From Gekko japonicus (lineage: Eukaryota): a DNA stretch of 64,000 bases. Location of the stretch: NCBI RefSeq assembly GCF_001447785.1, contig NW_015165900.1:63593-127592 (forward strand), in the 5' to 3' direction. Below, in pieces: positions 49,801 to 62,700 of this stretch. A program made the position numbers and the translations under genes. How positions within the stretch are numbered: the first letter of the stretch is position 1; each line of letters begins with the position of its first letter. The notes under the pieces were generated by a model. That model worked only from the letters and a program-made list of their open reading frames with translations, was not told the origin of the DNA and made no database searches.

Positions 49801-52800
49801 CTTTATCCTTTGCTATTCACTCCAATGAGCTCCAAGGATTTCAACGTTTCCTTCACACCTTGACACCCTACTCTAACAGAGATGGCTTTATCAGAGTCTT
49901 CTGGGAACAGGCCTTTGACTGCTTCTTTCCAGATACTGATAGCAGTGGGGTGACCAAGAAAAGCTGCACGGGGGAAGAAAAGCTTGAGAGCCTTCCGGGT
50001 CCACTATTTGAAATGAGCATGACAGGCCACAGCTACAGTATCTACAATGCTGTCTATGCTGTGGCGCATGCATTCCATGCCATGCATTCCTCCAGAAATA
50101 AGCACAAGGGAACGGTAGGTAGAGACATTTAGGAGCAACGTCCATGGGATATCTCACATGGAAAAAAAGTTATTTTTGAAACAAAAAAAATCAGATTGAT
50201 AACATGACACAGTATCCAATGTTTGTACTAACAAAATTGTACCCATTAAGTAATTTGTTATCAGGACATTCAGATATTGCCATACTTATTCAGAAATTGT
50301 TATCTTTCACTAGGATTTGTCCGTATTTTTGTGTAATCAGTACAATCATGAATTGTTACACTTTACTGGGATTGTTTGTAGTGTAACGTATTTTTACACA
50401 ATTAAGGACATTTTCGCCCCTTTCTTTTTGCAAAGGTTAGAAGGCTAGATGGTCCTTTGATCTCTTCCAGATGGATACACTTTCTCTTACACTTTCATAA
50501 AGATGCATGAGACAGATGCTCTTATGTGCATTTTCATCCACATGCATGCCTTTGCTTATAACATGCTCCTACAGTCCTATGCAGAGCTACTGTAGTCTAA
50601 ACCCATCCATTGGGCTTAGACCAGAATAATCCAGCACAAAACGGAGCTGTAAGTAGACACACTCATTCAGATTACCCTCATACTCACAGAAATCACAAAA
50701 TGCTCTCACCCAGGGTACTTTCTGTGGTAGCAGGTACTACAGGAACACATCTGAATAATACCTCTGACATCTCCCAGAACAGTAACACCCAAACCTCCAC
50801 CAATATGCATAATGGTGGTTTAACACCACTCCTCCACAATACAGAGGATTAATCCAACAAGGTGGTAAACAGCACTGAGACCCTTGCTACAGAATTGGAG
50901 AGCTACCACTACAGTGGAAGTTGGGGGCTGGAGGGAGGATATCCTCAGCTCCAGACTATTAGCAGAGTTCAGGAAAGAATTCAATCCCACAAGTGTTGTT
51001 CTGCTTCCAATAAAGTTTACTGCAACTACAGAAATTGCAAAAAAACAAACAAACCCAAAACCAAACCCTTAACTAACTGAAGGCCCTCCAACAACAGAGT
51101 CACATGCAGGATATTGACACTAAATTACAAACAGGAAAGAAACACAACAAGAGGCAGTGAGGAAGCAAGAGAAGCATTCAGTAGGCTCTGAGCAAAACAC
51201 TGTATACCTTACAGCACCCTAGACTTAAAAAACACTCAGTATGGCCTGTGTATTTGCATTAATGAAACTGCTGCCACGCTGTCACATCTCAAACAAGATG
51301 GAAGGAATGCAGGATGCTGGAGTTGGTTGCTTCCTCTTTTCCTATGCATAGGGTTGCCAACTCTGGGCTGGAAAATTCTTTGAGATTTGGGGGTAGAGCC
51401 TAGGGAGGGTGAGGCTTGGAGAGGGACCTCAATGTGGTGTATACCTATAGAGACCGCCCTCCAATGCAGCCATTGTTTCCAGGAGAACTTCTCTGTTTGT
51501 AACAGTTGTAATTTTGGGAGTCCTCCAAACCCCACCCGGAAGCTCAAAGTCACAACCCTATTTATGCATCCTCTCCCTGTATATAATCTGCCTTAATTTC
51601 TTCCATTCTAGATTCACCCTTTTCTGAGGAGCATTTCATTCAACAACACTGCTGGGGACAGGATATCTTTCAATGAAAATGGTGAATTAGTAGGTAGATT
51701 TGATATTATCAACTGGATCACCTTCCCAAACCAGTCCTTCTTAAGAGTGAAAGTTGGGGAAATGGATCCCCAAGCTCCACAAGGCAGGGAGTTTTCCATT
51801 AATGAGACAGTCATTATGTGGCCCAGCAGATTTCATCAGGTAGGACTCAGCTTTAAATTCTAGGTTCTACAGTGAAATGGGGAAGTATTAATACTTTGTT
51901 AATTCTTTAGACCCTGGCTGATTTCGCACTAGAGCTGCCTCGATGTTGTGCCGCCGTTTGCCCCGATACTATTGGTCAATTTCACACCCGAAGCTGCGGG
52001 GCTGCATTTTGACTCGCGGCTTCGCCTGATTTCCCCCGTGGTTTCGTGATCCTGTTTTTTGAGCTTCCCCCCAGGTTCTTTCAGGACCATTTTTTACTTC
52101 TCCCTCCAAAAAAAGGAAGTTGGTATGGGCTGGTTTGCCTGCTTCTGGTGTCAGGTTACAGCATCTCTCTAATTTCCAAAGGAAAGGCCAGAGGAGGTTT
52201 CCAAAGTCCAGGTTCATTCAGTCTGAGGTCAGGATTCCAGGAATAAATCAACAGTGTTGGCAGTTCAGTGTATGATGTACACATTGGATCCACACCAAAA
52301 GTGTCTCTCTGAGACTTTATAGCTGCACACTAAGACATCATGCACAGAGCAAGCTTCTCAGGAACAATCCTGCAAGGATTCATCTCTACTATCAGTGGGC
52401 AGCTGGTGCTGAGTCAGGAGGCATGAACCTCGCTGCCTAGCCTGTAAATCCATTCTCACCTTCTTCTGTGGCATTCCAAGGGTGCAGGTGACCCTGGAGG
52501 GTTGTTGGTATGCAACTGATTTAACCTTCTGAATTATAGCTGGAGGGTGGAGGTGATTTTGAACCAGCTCTGGGCTGCAAATCAGGGCATGCCTGCACCT
52601 CATTCTGTTTCTAGTCCAGCTTATGTTGAATCTGGACTGGCTACACAGGGCCCCTCCTCCTCTAAGGAGTCCTCACTGTCACTGAGCCTTGGCTGGTCCA
52701 TGACAAAGATTTTAATTCCTATGGTTACAGCGATGTACATACATAGTATGTATTTGTAGCCTAACTCCCTCCAAATTAGGAAGAACAGAATTACAATTCC

Positions 52801-55079
52801 ATTGGACACAGTCAGGCTTCAATGACCTGTGTAAGTCCTTGCCCCTCTTTATGAGTACCACGAATACTAGAACCTGAACAGGGATACCAAGGAACACTGT
52901 TGCTCACCCTTTAACAGTACAATTGGCTGCTGAGTACAGCACAGTGACAGTAGATCTGTTAGGAAGGAGGAAACTAGGACATCCATTAGGCTGTGAGAAC
53001 ACACATGTGTGGAATACTGCCAATTGAACTGTTCTGCCCTATACTATTTTAATACATGAAAAGTAACCTGACAAATATGTCCCAGCTGATCACAAACAGC
53101 TTAACTGCTTGATGAAAAATCATCTCACTGCTCATTTTGGCAAGCAATACATAAGCCACACTGGTTGGTTTGAACATCTCCATTTTTGTTTCATACTTCT
53201 GGTACTAAAGAGAGCATCTGAGGCATTATTTTTCTTTGTGACTCAGGCTGAGTTGGCAGTAAAACTGTAGTCAGTTTGAGAGAGGTTTCTGGATATTTAT
53301 GATAATCACAATGGCTCTTCTGCAGTCTCATTTTTATAGCTTGTGTATCCCTATTGCTTTGGGGGGGGGGGGTTCTTCACATGACTTCCTCCCTTGAGTG
53401 ACTGATTTGATATTACACCAGTGTATGTCCAGAATAAAAACCTTCAGTTTTGATCAGCAGGGAGATATGCTTGACATATAGCAATGCACTACTAGAGGGA
53501 GCAAAACATCCAAAATGGGGGGACACAATATGGACACACAATCTGTGAAAATAAGAATACAGATCAGCCCAATATTAGCCTCATCCAAAATAGAATTAAC
53601 AACAATACTTAGGTAAGGCACAGGGCTCTCTCATGGAAAGCACTGCCATTACAACAACCAACAACCTGTTTACAAGATAATGAATTCAAAAAAGAAAATG
53701 AAATTAACATTTTTCTCCCATTTCATGGACAGGTTGTTCCTACTGCTTTGTGTAATGATAACTGCCTTCCAGGTTACATCAAGAAAAGGAAAGAGGGGCA
53801 ACCATTTTGTTGCTATGAGTGTGATCCATGTCCAAAAGGGAAGATTTCAAACCAAAAAGGTAGACACTATTTCCAGTCTTCACACCTATTGTCTACTGGG
53901 GGCGGGGAGGAATGTTCCATTCATGACATAAATAATTCTAATTCTTAGTGGTAGATGTTTCCACATGCCCATGAAGAGCTCACCATTTGTTAGATTAGTT
54001 TGTATGTGTATAGTATTAACTACATATAGTTATTCTACAGTATTTCAAACTCTTTGATCAATTCCATTTTTTTTTAAAAAAAAGAAACCCTGAAGATGTT
54101 TGGCAGACTTCACATTATTGTTTTTGTGGGAAGCTGGAACAGTATTTCTCTCTGTTTTTAAGATACAGATGATTGCTTCCAGTGTCCAGAAGGTCAATAC
54201 CCAAGTGATGATAAAAATCGTTGCCTTCTCAAGATGGTAAACTCCTTGTCCTATGAAGAACCCTTGGGCATCAGCTTGGCTATTTTGGCCCTTTCCCTCT
54301 CTGGAACCACAGCAATGGTGTTAGTGATCTTCATCAAGCATAGGAACACTCCCGTCGTCAAAGCCAACAATCGGAAGCTCACATACACTCTGCTTATCTC
54401 CCTCCTGCTCTGCTTCCTCTGTTCCCTGCTCTTCATTGGTCAGCCTCAGGTCATTATCTGCCTTTTACGCCAAACTGCTTTTGGCATCATCTTCTCAGTG
54501 GCTGTTTCTTCTGTGTTGGCCAAAACCATCACAGTGGTTCTGGCTTTCATGGCTACTAAACCAGGATCTAGGATGAGCAAATGGCTGGGGAAAGGATTTG
54601 AAAACACTGTTGTTTTCTGCTGCTCATCTACACAAGCGAGTATTTGTATAGTATGGCTTTGTATTGACCCTCCATTCCCAGATGTTGACATGAGCTCTCT
54701 GGCAGAAGAAATCATAGTGGAATGCAATGAAGGATCTGCCATTCTATTTTCTTGTGTTTTGGCGTACATGGGATTTCTGGCCTTTGCCAGCTTCATGGTG
54801 GCTTTCTTTGCTAGGAAATTGCCTGATACTTTTAATGAGGCCAAGTTTATTACCTTCAGCATGTTGGTGTTTTGTTGTGTGTGGCTGACTTTTATTCCAA
54901 CGTATCTCAGCACCAAAGGGAAATATATGGTAGTTGTGGAGATCTTCTCTATCTTGGCATCCAGTGCTGGATTGTTGGGTTTCATATTTTCCCCCAAACT
55001 GTATATCATTGTTTGGAAGCCTGAACTGAACTGCAAGGAGCAGATAGTAAAGAGTAAAAATCAGAAAGGAGATATTTGA
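43622..55079 (+). CDS. Vmn2r: V2R gene D (about 867 aa if the donor at 50114/50115 is used, otherwise a pseudogene): exons 43622-43854, 46181-46469, 49305-50114, 51612-51839, 53733-53859, 54163-55079
   Basis: Exons of 233/289/810/228/127/917 nt (sum 2604, in frame); all V2R motifs present; exon-3 end is non-canonical (see findings). Confidence 0.85.
44355..44592 (+). mobile_element. BovB (RTE) LINE 3' end
   Basis: [37 protein letters not shown]; (CAA)n tail. Confidence 0.93.
44974..45322 (-). mobile_element. Sauria SINE
   Basis: Reverse complement of the 39457 copy; TSD TGTGrTAGAGyTTA. Confidence 0.9.
46181..46469 (+). CDS. Vmn2r: V2R D exon 2
   Basis: 289 nt, [13 protein letters not shown]. 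Confidence 0.92.
47275..47440 (+). mobile_element. CR1 3' fragment (same family as 11725)
   Basis: CAGTTTGGC..CCTTCCAACTCTGTGGTTCTATGA. Confidence 0.78.
47449..48902 (+). mobile_element. L1 3' fragment with long AT-rich 3' UTR
   Basis: [39 protein letters not shown] (matches the L1 at 16602); AATAAA and A tract at the end. Confidence 0.75.
49305..50114 (+). CDS. Vmn2r: V2R D exon 3 (3' boundary inferred)
   Basis: [23 protein letters not shown]; candidate donor ACG|GTAGGT. Confidence 0.85.
51349..51560. mobile_element. hAT-type MITE
   Basis: TAGGGTTGCCAA..CAACCCTA termini; TSD yyTATGCA. Confidence 0.75.
51612..51839 (+). CDS. Vmn2r: V2R D exon 4
   Basis: 228 nt, [33 protein letters not shown]. 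Confidence 0.93.
53733..53859 (+). CDS. Vmn2r: V2R D exon 5
   Basis: 127 nt, [31 protein letters not shown]. Confidence 0.93.
54163..55079 (+). CDS. Vmn2r: V2R D exon 6 (7TM)
   Basis: [38 protein letters not shown]. Confidence 0.95.
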
Positions 55080-56924
55080 AATATCAGGGTGTTTATTATT
55101 ATTAAAGATACAGAGCTTTTACATTTAAACTCTGTTAGTTATCTGCTTGTGTTCAAGATGTCCAAACTCACCCCACCTAAATTCATTAAAAATACTTTGT
55201 CTGGGTGAATGTTTATGTTTTAAACACCTTTTGAAGCCCTATCTCATACATCTTTTTTAACCTTGCCCCACCATGTAAAATGAAGAAGGGTTGTGAACAA
55301 CAGGTGTCTTTTTGGGGAGCAAGAAGGTATTTGAGAATATGACGTTTGTTTTCAGTTTTTATCTGTAACTTTTTAATAGCCACTTCAAATTCAACTTGAC
55401 CCAAGGGAAAAAAAAGAGTGTAAATATTTTGACTAATAAATAAATGGGGGGGGGGGGAACAAGACAGAAAATGTAAGGTTATGGGTTAACTTGAGTTTAA
55501 TCATTGCTAATCTGTTTAATAAAGCAATCAGTTATACAGCAGGTTATGCTAAAAGCAACATTACATATGTCCCAAATTTGACTGGCAACCCCACCCTGGT
55601 TCAAAACTCAGAACATCAGTATTGTTGTTTCTCCTTTCTAGTATTTGCTTGCACAACAAAGTGTGCCAAGAGAGTTTGCTATTAATTCTATCCCCCCCCC
55701 CAGTGAATCAGCATGAAGTCTGAAATGGATCTGTAGAACACCTTGTCACCAAGGCCATAAGTGGTCTACTTCCTGCATTTTCACTGAAATACATGCAAAG
55801 GTTATCTTGTCTATGTTATTTATACTCAATACTTATTCATTCTCTTCTCCCCAAAGCCCTGAGAATATATAATAGGAGTATTCTGATATGGCTCCATCAT
55901 GAAATCTCCATCTTCTGCATTCATTGAGCTAAGGAGCCAGGTGGGTCTGGTAGAGTTATGTGCTGAAGTTTGTTGGCTGAAGGGGTGAGGTCTTGTTCGC
56001 GAACAGTATGCTTCTTGATGTAGGTATTTCCTCTTGCATTAATTGAGCTAAAGGCAGACACTAGGTGGGTGTGCTAGAGTTGTTTATTTGCTAAGTTTGC
56101 TGGCTGAGGAGGAGGGGGCTTGGTTGCAAACTCTGTTCTTCCCAGTGGAGGCTTTTCTCTTGTGTCCATTGAGCTAAGTAGCTAAGGAAACAGATAAGTC
56201 TATTCCTGGCACTTAAGCCTGTAGCCAGCAGGGGTGCTGAGGGTGGCACCCTGTATCGAATTAGCAGCACCCCTAGTTACTGGGCAGGGCTTCCTTCAGA
56301 AGCAAGTTAGCTCAAGGCTTTGAAATCTGAGGAGGGGGGCTGAAGCACGAGGGGATCTTCTGGAGCCAGGCACTAGAGGCTCAGGTGCCGCCAGGCTTCC
56401 CAGCAGACAAGACAGCCTTGTGGCTGCGGACATCCTGGGACGCATACAGTTTCAACTGGCTGGCCCATCTATTGGATGGGAGCCATGCCTGTGTGTGCTT
56501 TAGCATCAACCTGGCTCCACAATCCACTAGTTCCAGAACCCCAGCAGGGAAGCCAAAGCCAGCAGCCAGAGCATGGCCCCAGAGCTGCTGCTGGGCTTAG
56601 GCTTTCTGCTGTTGTCTCACTCCATTGGTCTGGGACTGGCATTTGTGCAGCCCTGCAGCTCTCCCAATCAGGACTGTCTTTGATCATGTTAGCTTTGCCT
56701 GGCCGGGGCAGGCACCAAGATCAAGCTGCCCCAACTGAAAGGATCCAATGCACAGAGAGCCATTCCTTAGACAGATCCCCCACCTCAGCTTAACTTAATT
56801 AAAATTTAATTTAATTAGTGTCCCTCGTAAACTTATGTTACAGTACAGTTTACAGACTGGAACTGTGCATGTATATGACTGGATTATTTCCCCAAGCATG
56901 CTAACATCTCAGTTCCAGGAATTA

Positions 56925-57020
56925 GCAGCAGCTGCTGCTGCTTCGTCTCCATCGTCCTCTTCGTCATCCTCTTCGTTGTTGTCTTCCTCTTTCTCTTCTT
57001 CTTCTTTCTCTTCCTCCTCA
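56925..57020. repeat. Low-complexity GCA/TCG/TCT trinucleotide tract
   Basis: Directly visible. Confidence 0.85.
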
Positions 57021-57921
57021 GAGAGGACTGCTGGGAAAAACAGAAGATAGGATAGATCCTCCTTTGTCAGTATGTTGCACTCACGGTTTGTAGGATCCAG
57101 CCCATTGTCTTGGGTTGATTCATGGGAAACTACCTGGAATTAATTAGCTGACAGCTGTCCTTCATGTTAGGCAACTGAGCTACCTCTTCTGCCCTTCTTC
57201 AATTTTCCCTTGAAGAGAAGTTACAGTTAAAAGCTATCTATAATATTATGAATACTAAGTGTTTTCTAGATATAATCTAGTGTGCTGTCTTCATGTAGAG
57301 TAAAGTTTCCAGAATTGTTCATTTTTACTGTTCATCTTTGATTATAGGTATCTATGAGCCTTAAAACTAATGTCAAAATAGATTTAATGTGATTCAGATC
57401 TCCTTAGCTACCAGTTGTAGTAATATTTGTAGGAACAGCCCAAATATAGAAGTAGAGTAGACAGCTAAATGGGGTTCCACAATTCTGGGAGTTTTTTTCG
57501 TATAACAGTTATATTAATATTACCAAGCAGAAATGGGTTTTTCTTTTTCTTTTGCATTTTATTGCCCATTTTATTTTCCTTTTGCCCTGTAGCTCTTAGT
57601 CAACTTGTGCTTAGTTTTGTGCTTCTGTCTGTAATCAATGTCTATAAAAAGAGAAATTACATTTTTCACTTTTTCTTAAAATTGTGTATGAAAGTCTGTA
57701 TCCATACAAAAGCTTAACTTGTTCTAGACTTATCAGGGGACACAGACAAAGCAGAATCTGGCAAGGTGGGTCTGAATTATTTCCAAGACTTCTTTGACAT
57801 TTCTGGTACTCTGAAGTAAGATAAACTTTTTACAACTGGAAAAAAGATCCTTTTAAAAATAATGGTGTTGTAAACCACTTTCAATCTCTGCTTCAGAGAA
57901 AAGCAGGGTATACAAATCTAA

Positions 57922-58436
57922 GGCCGCGGTCACATGGGCCGGATATCGCAGGGGGGAGGCATGGCTGTTTGCCCCACAGTGAAATAAAGCGTGACTGCGC
58001 AATCAGGCATCCCCTCGCAGTCCCGTCGAAATGCCGTGGTTAGGGGGGAGGTGCCAATCACACGACGCACCAAAGAAGCGGTGCGGCATGGCAAATGGGG
58101 TTGTGTTTTGCTTTTTTTAACCTGAAGTATGTGCATGCCCCGTTGGGTGCTTGTGCGCATCCCTGGAGACTTCAGGGGGAGGGAAACCTTTTCGCAATGG
58201 GGCATGGGCGGCTTCTGGATGCCACCGGAAATGTGATCAGACACTCACCCTTGCCCCGTGGTTTCCAGAAACTAGTACCTCCGAGGTACTAGTTTTTTGC
58301 CGCGCATCTTCGGCGGGAAGCCTCGGTTGAGCCAAGGGAGCTCTACGCTTCCCAGATGTGGCGGTGAGATCGTGCCCGGAAAATCTGCCTATATTCCGTC
58401 TCTCTAGCGTGGCTAATGCTCCCTATGACCAGGGCC
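57922..58436. mobile_element. PIF/Harbinger-like MITE (same family as 6637 and 19968)
   Basis: TIRs, TSD TAA, internal palindrome AAACTAGTACCTCCGAGGTACTAGTTT. Confidence 0.82.
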
Positions 58437-58637
58437 TAAATCAGTCAATCAAATAAAAGAATGGCAAGGTGACCTCAGACCCTCCCCCATGGGATTGATG
58501 ATCACCTCCCAACTCCCCTCATTCCCAGGGCCCAATGCATTCATTCAACAGCATTAATTGTATTTAGCAGAATTTAAAGGGAACATGTATTCTTGATGTT
58601 TGTTACCACTCCCCACCAAAAGTAGGGTGGGAGTTAA

Positions 58638-59042
58638 CCAATGTTGGATCAGGCCAATGGCCCATCCAGTCCAATGCTCTGTCACACAGTGGCCAAAAAT
58701 ACCCGGTGCCATCAGGAGGTCCAGCAGTGGGACCAGGGCATTAGAAGTCCTCCCACTGTTGCCTTCCCAAAGCACCAAGAATACAGTGCATCACTTGCCC
58801 CAGCCTGTGAATTCCTATCTACACCTTGTGGCTAATAGCCACTGATGGACCAAAAATACCCGGTGCCATCAGGAGGTCCAGCAGTGGGACCAGGACATTA
58901 GAAGTCCTCCCACTGTTGCCTTCCCAAAGCACCAAGAATACAGTGCATCACTTGCCCCAGCCTGTGAATTCCTATCTACACCTTGTGGCTAATAGCCACT
59001 GATGGACCTCTGTCCCATATGCTTATCTAATTCCCTCTTGAA
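58638..59042 (-). mobile_element. CR1 3' UTR fragment with internal 157-bp tandem duplication (58693-58849, 58850-59006)
   Basis: Reverse complement of the 27420-27655 family; copies differ at about 1 nt. Confidence 0.85.
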
Positions 59043-59544
59043 TGATTTATTGTGCAAAACAATTACTTGCAATCCAGCTCTTCTTCTATTCTTCTCATAA
59101 AGGTTGAATCTTTTTTTAAAGATGGTTTTGTCTTACTGAGGGTCACTTCACTACTGTTCTATGTGTCATTCCCTTGAACACTGAGGAAGACCTGCCAAGA
59201 TGAGAAAAACATGTTTTCATCATACCACTTACCTGCATCCTCTGTAATTATGAAAATAATTGGTTTCTCCTAGTTCCTCCCCAGAATTGCTACAGCATCC
59301 CAGCATCCCAGCATCCCAGTTTTATCCCAGTGGATAAAACTATGACTCAAGATTCAAAATGCTCTTAATAGTGCTTGTGCCATTCAGAACTGGGCTGGGA
59401 ACCAGCAAAGCGCTGCCAGGCTAATTGCTCACCCTTTCCACAGTCCAGTGAAAGCTACAGAGCCCGTTAGAGTGGCTGGATAATGCTTTGAAAACAATGT
59501 GTGAAAAAGGGAACCAGTATCAAGAATGAAGGCTTGTGTCCAAA

Positions 59545-59762
59545 ATGATAATATTGTTGGTTTTAGTACTGGTGCTGCTGCTTCAGGCAGCTTGCAGGGT
59601 TCCTATTTGTAAATGTACCACCTGTAAGACTCTTTCTGTTCTTCACAAATACTATCAGCCGGGAGACCTCATCATTGCTGGCATTATTTCTCAGATCTTC
59701 ATGACCTCAGAAGAGATGACATTTGCAAAACACCCCTTCCAGGAGCAGTTTGATGAACTCAC
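59545..59762 (+). CDS. Vmn2r: V2R E exon 1
   Basis: 218 nt, donor AC|GTACGT, phase 2. Confidence 0.87.
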
Positions 59763-62700
59763 GTACGTTTCTGGTTTTCAGAATGAAATCATAGATATCT
59801 CCAGATAATAAGCTTCCCATTCCATTGGTTTCGGAAAGAAGTGTTGGCTTTGCTGGAGTTGGAGAAGTGTAGCATTGCTGTAGTGGAGGACTGGCTGTGG
59901 TGGAGAACTGGCTGTGACTCAGTAGTAAAGCATGTCTTTTGCATGCAGAAGGTCCCAGTTTCAATCCCTGGAATTGCCAGTTAAAGGGATCAGGTAGGAG
60001 ATGATCTGAAAGACCACCACCCAAGATCCTGGAGACTGGTTGCCAGTCAGAGTTGACAATATTGACCTCAGCAGACCAAAAGGTTTGACTCTATAGAAGG
60101 CAGCTTCATGTGCTCATGCTAGAGTAAACTACACTTCCTGTGCTGCATTTATAATAGTTATTAATATAAGTAGTCATGCTCATTGTTGAGATCTACTCTG
60201 AAGTTCAGAATGCATCTGGAAAGCATTGCCAAATCATTGTACTGGTAATGGCAGTGATGACTGAAGAGGCAACACATCAACAGACATGGCTGCCTCAAAC
60301 GGAATCAAACCACTGGTTCCTCAAGCTCAGTGTTGTCTGCTCTGACCAGCAGCAGCTCTCCAGGGTTACAGGCTGAGGTCTTTCACATCACCTACTACCT
60401 GATCTCTTTAACTGGAGTTGGTGGTGATTGATCCTAGAAACCTTCACATGTAAAGCAGATGCTCTACCACTGGGCCATGGCTCAGCATTCCGTGTTAAAT
60501 CATTAATTAAAATGTGTATCCTGATTTCTAATTGTTACACATAACATACCAAGCAATTTTACAGTCCTCCATAGACATTAGTGTGTCTTTTTTGATGGGT
60601 TTCCCAGCAGCTCTTTATCTCTGCACTGTCCCGACTCTCTTTAAAAACTGTTTGGAGAACTCTTTGATGTACTTCCCTCTGCGGGACTTCGGCTTCCACT
60701 GTGGTTACCGTGGCAACAGGCAAACTGAAGTGGCGGATGAAATTTTACCAGCAGGGGAGATGAGAGTTCAGGAAATGGCATGAACAGCTTGCTGCCCTCC
60801 CTTTTAAGAAATCGGGGGGGGGGGGCAAAGAAGATTATGTGTTTCTGGGAAGAGGCAGAAATCCAGTTGGGTATCAGTTAGGCAGGTATGCAAGCCATTG
60901 GCTGGGTAGTGGCATGTGAGATAAATGGTTGCTGCCTACTAAAACTAGGTCCCTGAAGCAACTGCCTTTGGGATCCTTATTCTAGAACCAACCCTAGTTT
61001 CATATTTCAGCTTCTTATGTCTCATGGATATATCGAATCTGTTTTGATACCCGCATTACTCACTGAGTGAATGCTCAAAGCATTTTACTCACATGTCTCT
61101 AATAACTAATTAATGTTGAGGTGACAAATCCGTAAGATGCAGTCCAAACCTCTAACATACTGAACTGATTAGAACAGGGAGCTTATGCATAGCCTCGAAA
61201 ACAAAGTGTTCCCCCCCCTGCTCTAGTACTCAGAGAAGACACGGATGGGACTTACCCTCCACTCCATTTTTGTGGGCTCCAGTGCCCAAGGAAAGCCATG
61301 TGGCTGGTGTTCTGTGAACTGCATGTCTGGGCTGGGGGGCAGGCTAGATCTTGAAAGCTAAGCAGAGTTGGCCCTGGCTAGTATTTGGATGGGAGATCAC
61401 CAAGGAATACCAGGCAGGCAATGGCAGGTCACCTCTGAACATTTCTTGCCTTGAAAAACCTACGAGATCACCATAAGTCAGTTGTGATCCGACGGCAAAA
61501 AAAACAACAAATAAAATGTAGCAAATGTGTATATTCATGTGATGCTCTGTGACACACCACACAACTATGTTAACAGGTTACTAACTCAAAACTACCAGCA
61601 TATCCTAGCTTTGGTGTTTGCTGTAAAGGAGATCAACAAAAATCCCACCCTCTTGCCCAACATTACTCTGGGCTTCGACATCCACAACAGCTACTTTCTT
61701 GCAAGCTGGACCTATCGTGCCTCAATAGAAATCCTCTCTGCACGGGGCAGTTTCATCCCTAACTACATATGTGGCACCCAGGACAATCTGGCGGCTGTCA
61801 TTGGCGGTCCGAATTCAGATGTTTATTCCTTCATGGCAACCATCCTGTGCCTGTACAAGATCCCACAGGTAAGCTGTGTACTTGGGAGTTGAACCAGCAT
61901 TTTGTGCTTCTCATGGCTTTTAGCTGTAGCTTTGTCGTGTGGAGATAAGCAGGAAGCACTGCTGAAATTAAAATGTAGCTTGGATGTGGCTGGAAAGTCA
62001 AGCTCTGACCGAGCAAATGAAGCTATGAAAGAATAAAAATCATTCATGGGCGTTCTTTTGCATATGGCCACCAACAACAGACTGGAGAACATCTGTTTTT
62101 CTCAGGCCCTTTAAGAGAAAGTTGAATCCAAAGTTTCTTTTTTCTAGCCAGTTTAAATATTTAACAAAACCAAACAGTAAGGGCTGGGGATGTACCACTT
62201 CAAATTACTAATAGGAGGGGTTTTCCCCCTCTGCTGCTCTCTATGGTGTTAAATAATAATAATAATCTGATTCTTGCTTCCAAGAGCAATTTGTGATAGT
62301 GAGTGCTTTGTGTGTGTTGCCCCATATGAACAAACTCCCAAGTAAAAGTAAATTAAGGGGGAAGAAGGGAAATATTGCTGCACCTTTGTTCTTCTCTTCC
62401 TTAGCTCATATATGGCTCATCTCCACTGATGAGCAACAGTATCCAAGCTGTGTTCTTCCATCAACTGTTTCCAAATGGGACCCATCAATATATGGGGATT
62501 CTGAAGTTACTGCAGCATTTCAAGTGGATATGGGTTGGAGTGATGTATTCAGACACTGATGATGGAGAAAGCTTTGTGCAGAATGTTATTCCCACATTTT
62601 CCCAAAGAGGAATCTGTTTCAACTTCATAAAAGCATTTCCAAAACTAAGTACTTCCAATAACGCTGCTGAAATGGTGGCAGACGGGTTTAAAGCTTATGA

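Noticed and set aside
50590-52960. Probable old repeats in introns 3-4 of gene D
   Set aside because: Apart from the listed MITEs, no termini or protein motifs I can support
54446-55036. 196-aa antisense ORF (and shorter ones at 11983, 24176, 15521, 28969)
   Set aside because: Shadow frames of V2R exons; no independent evidence
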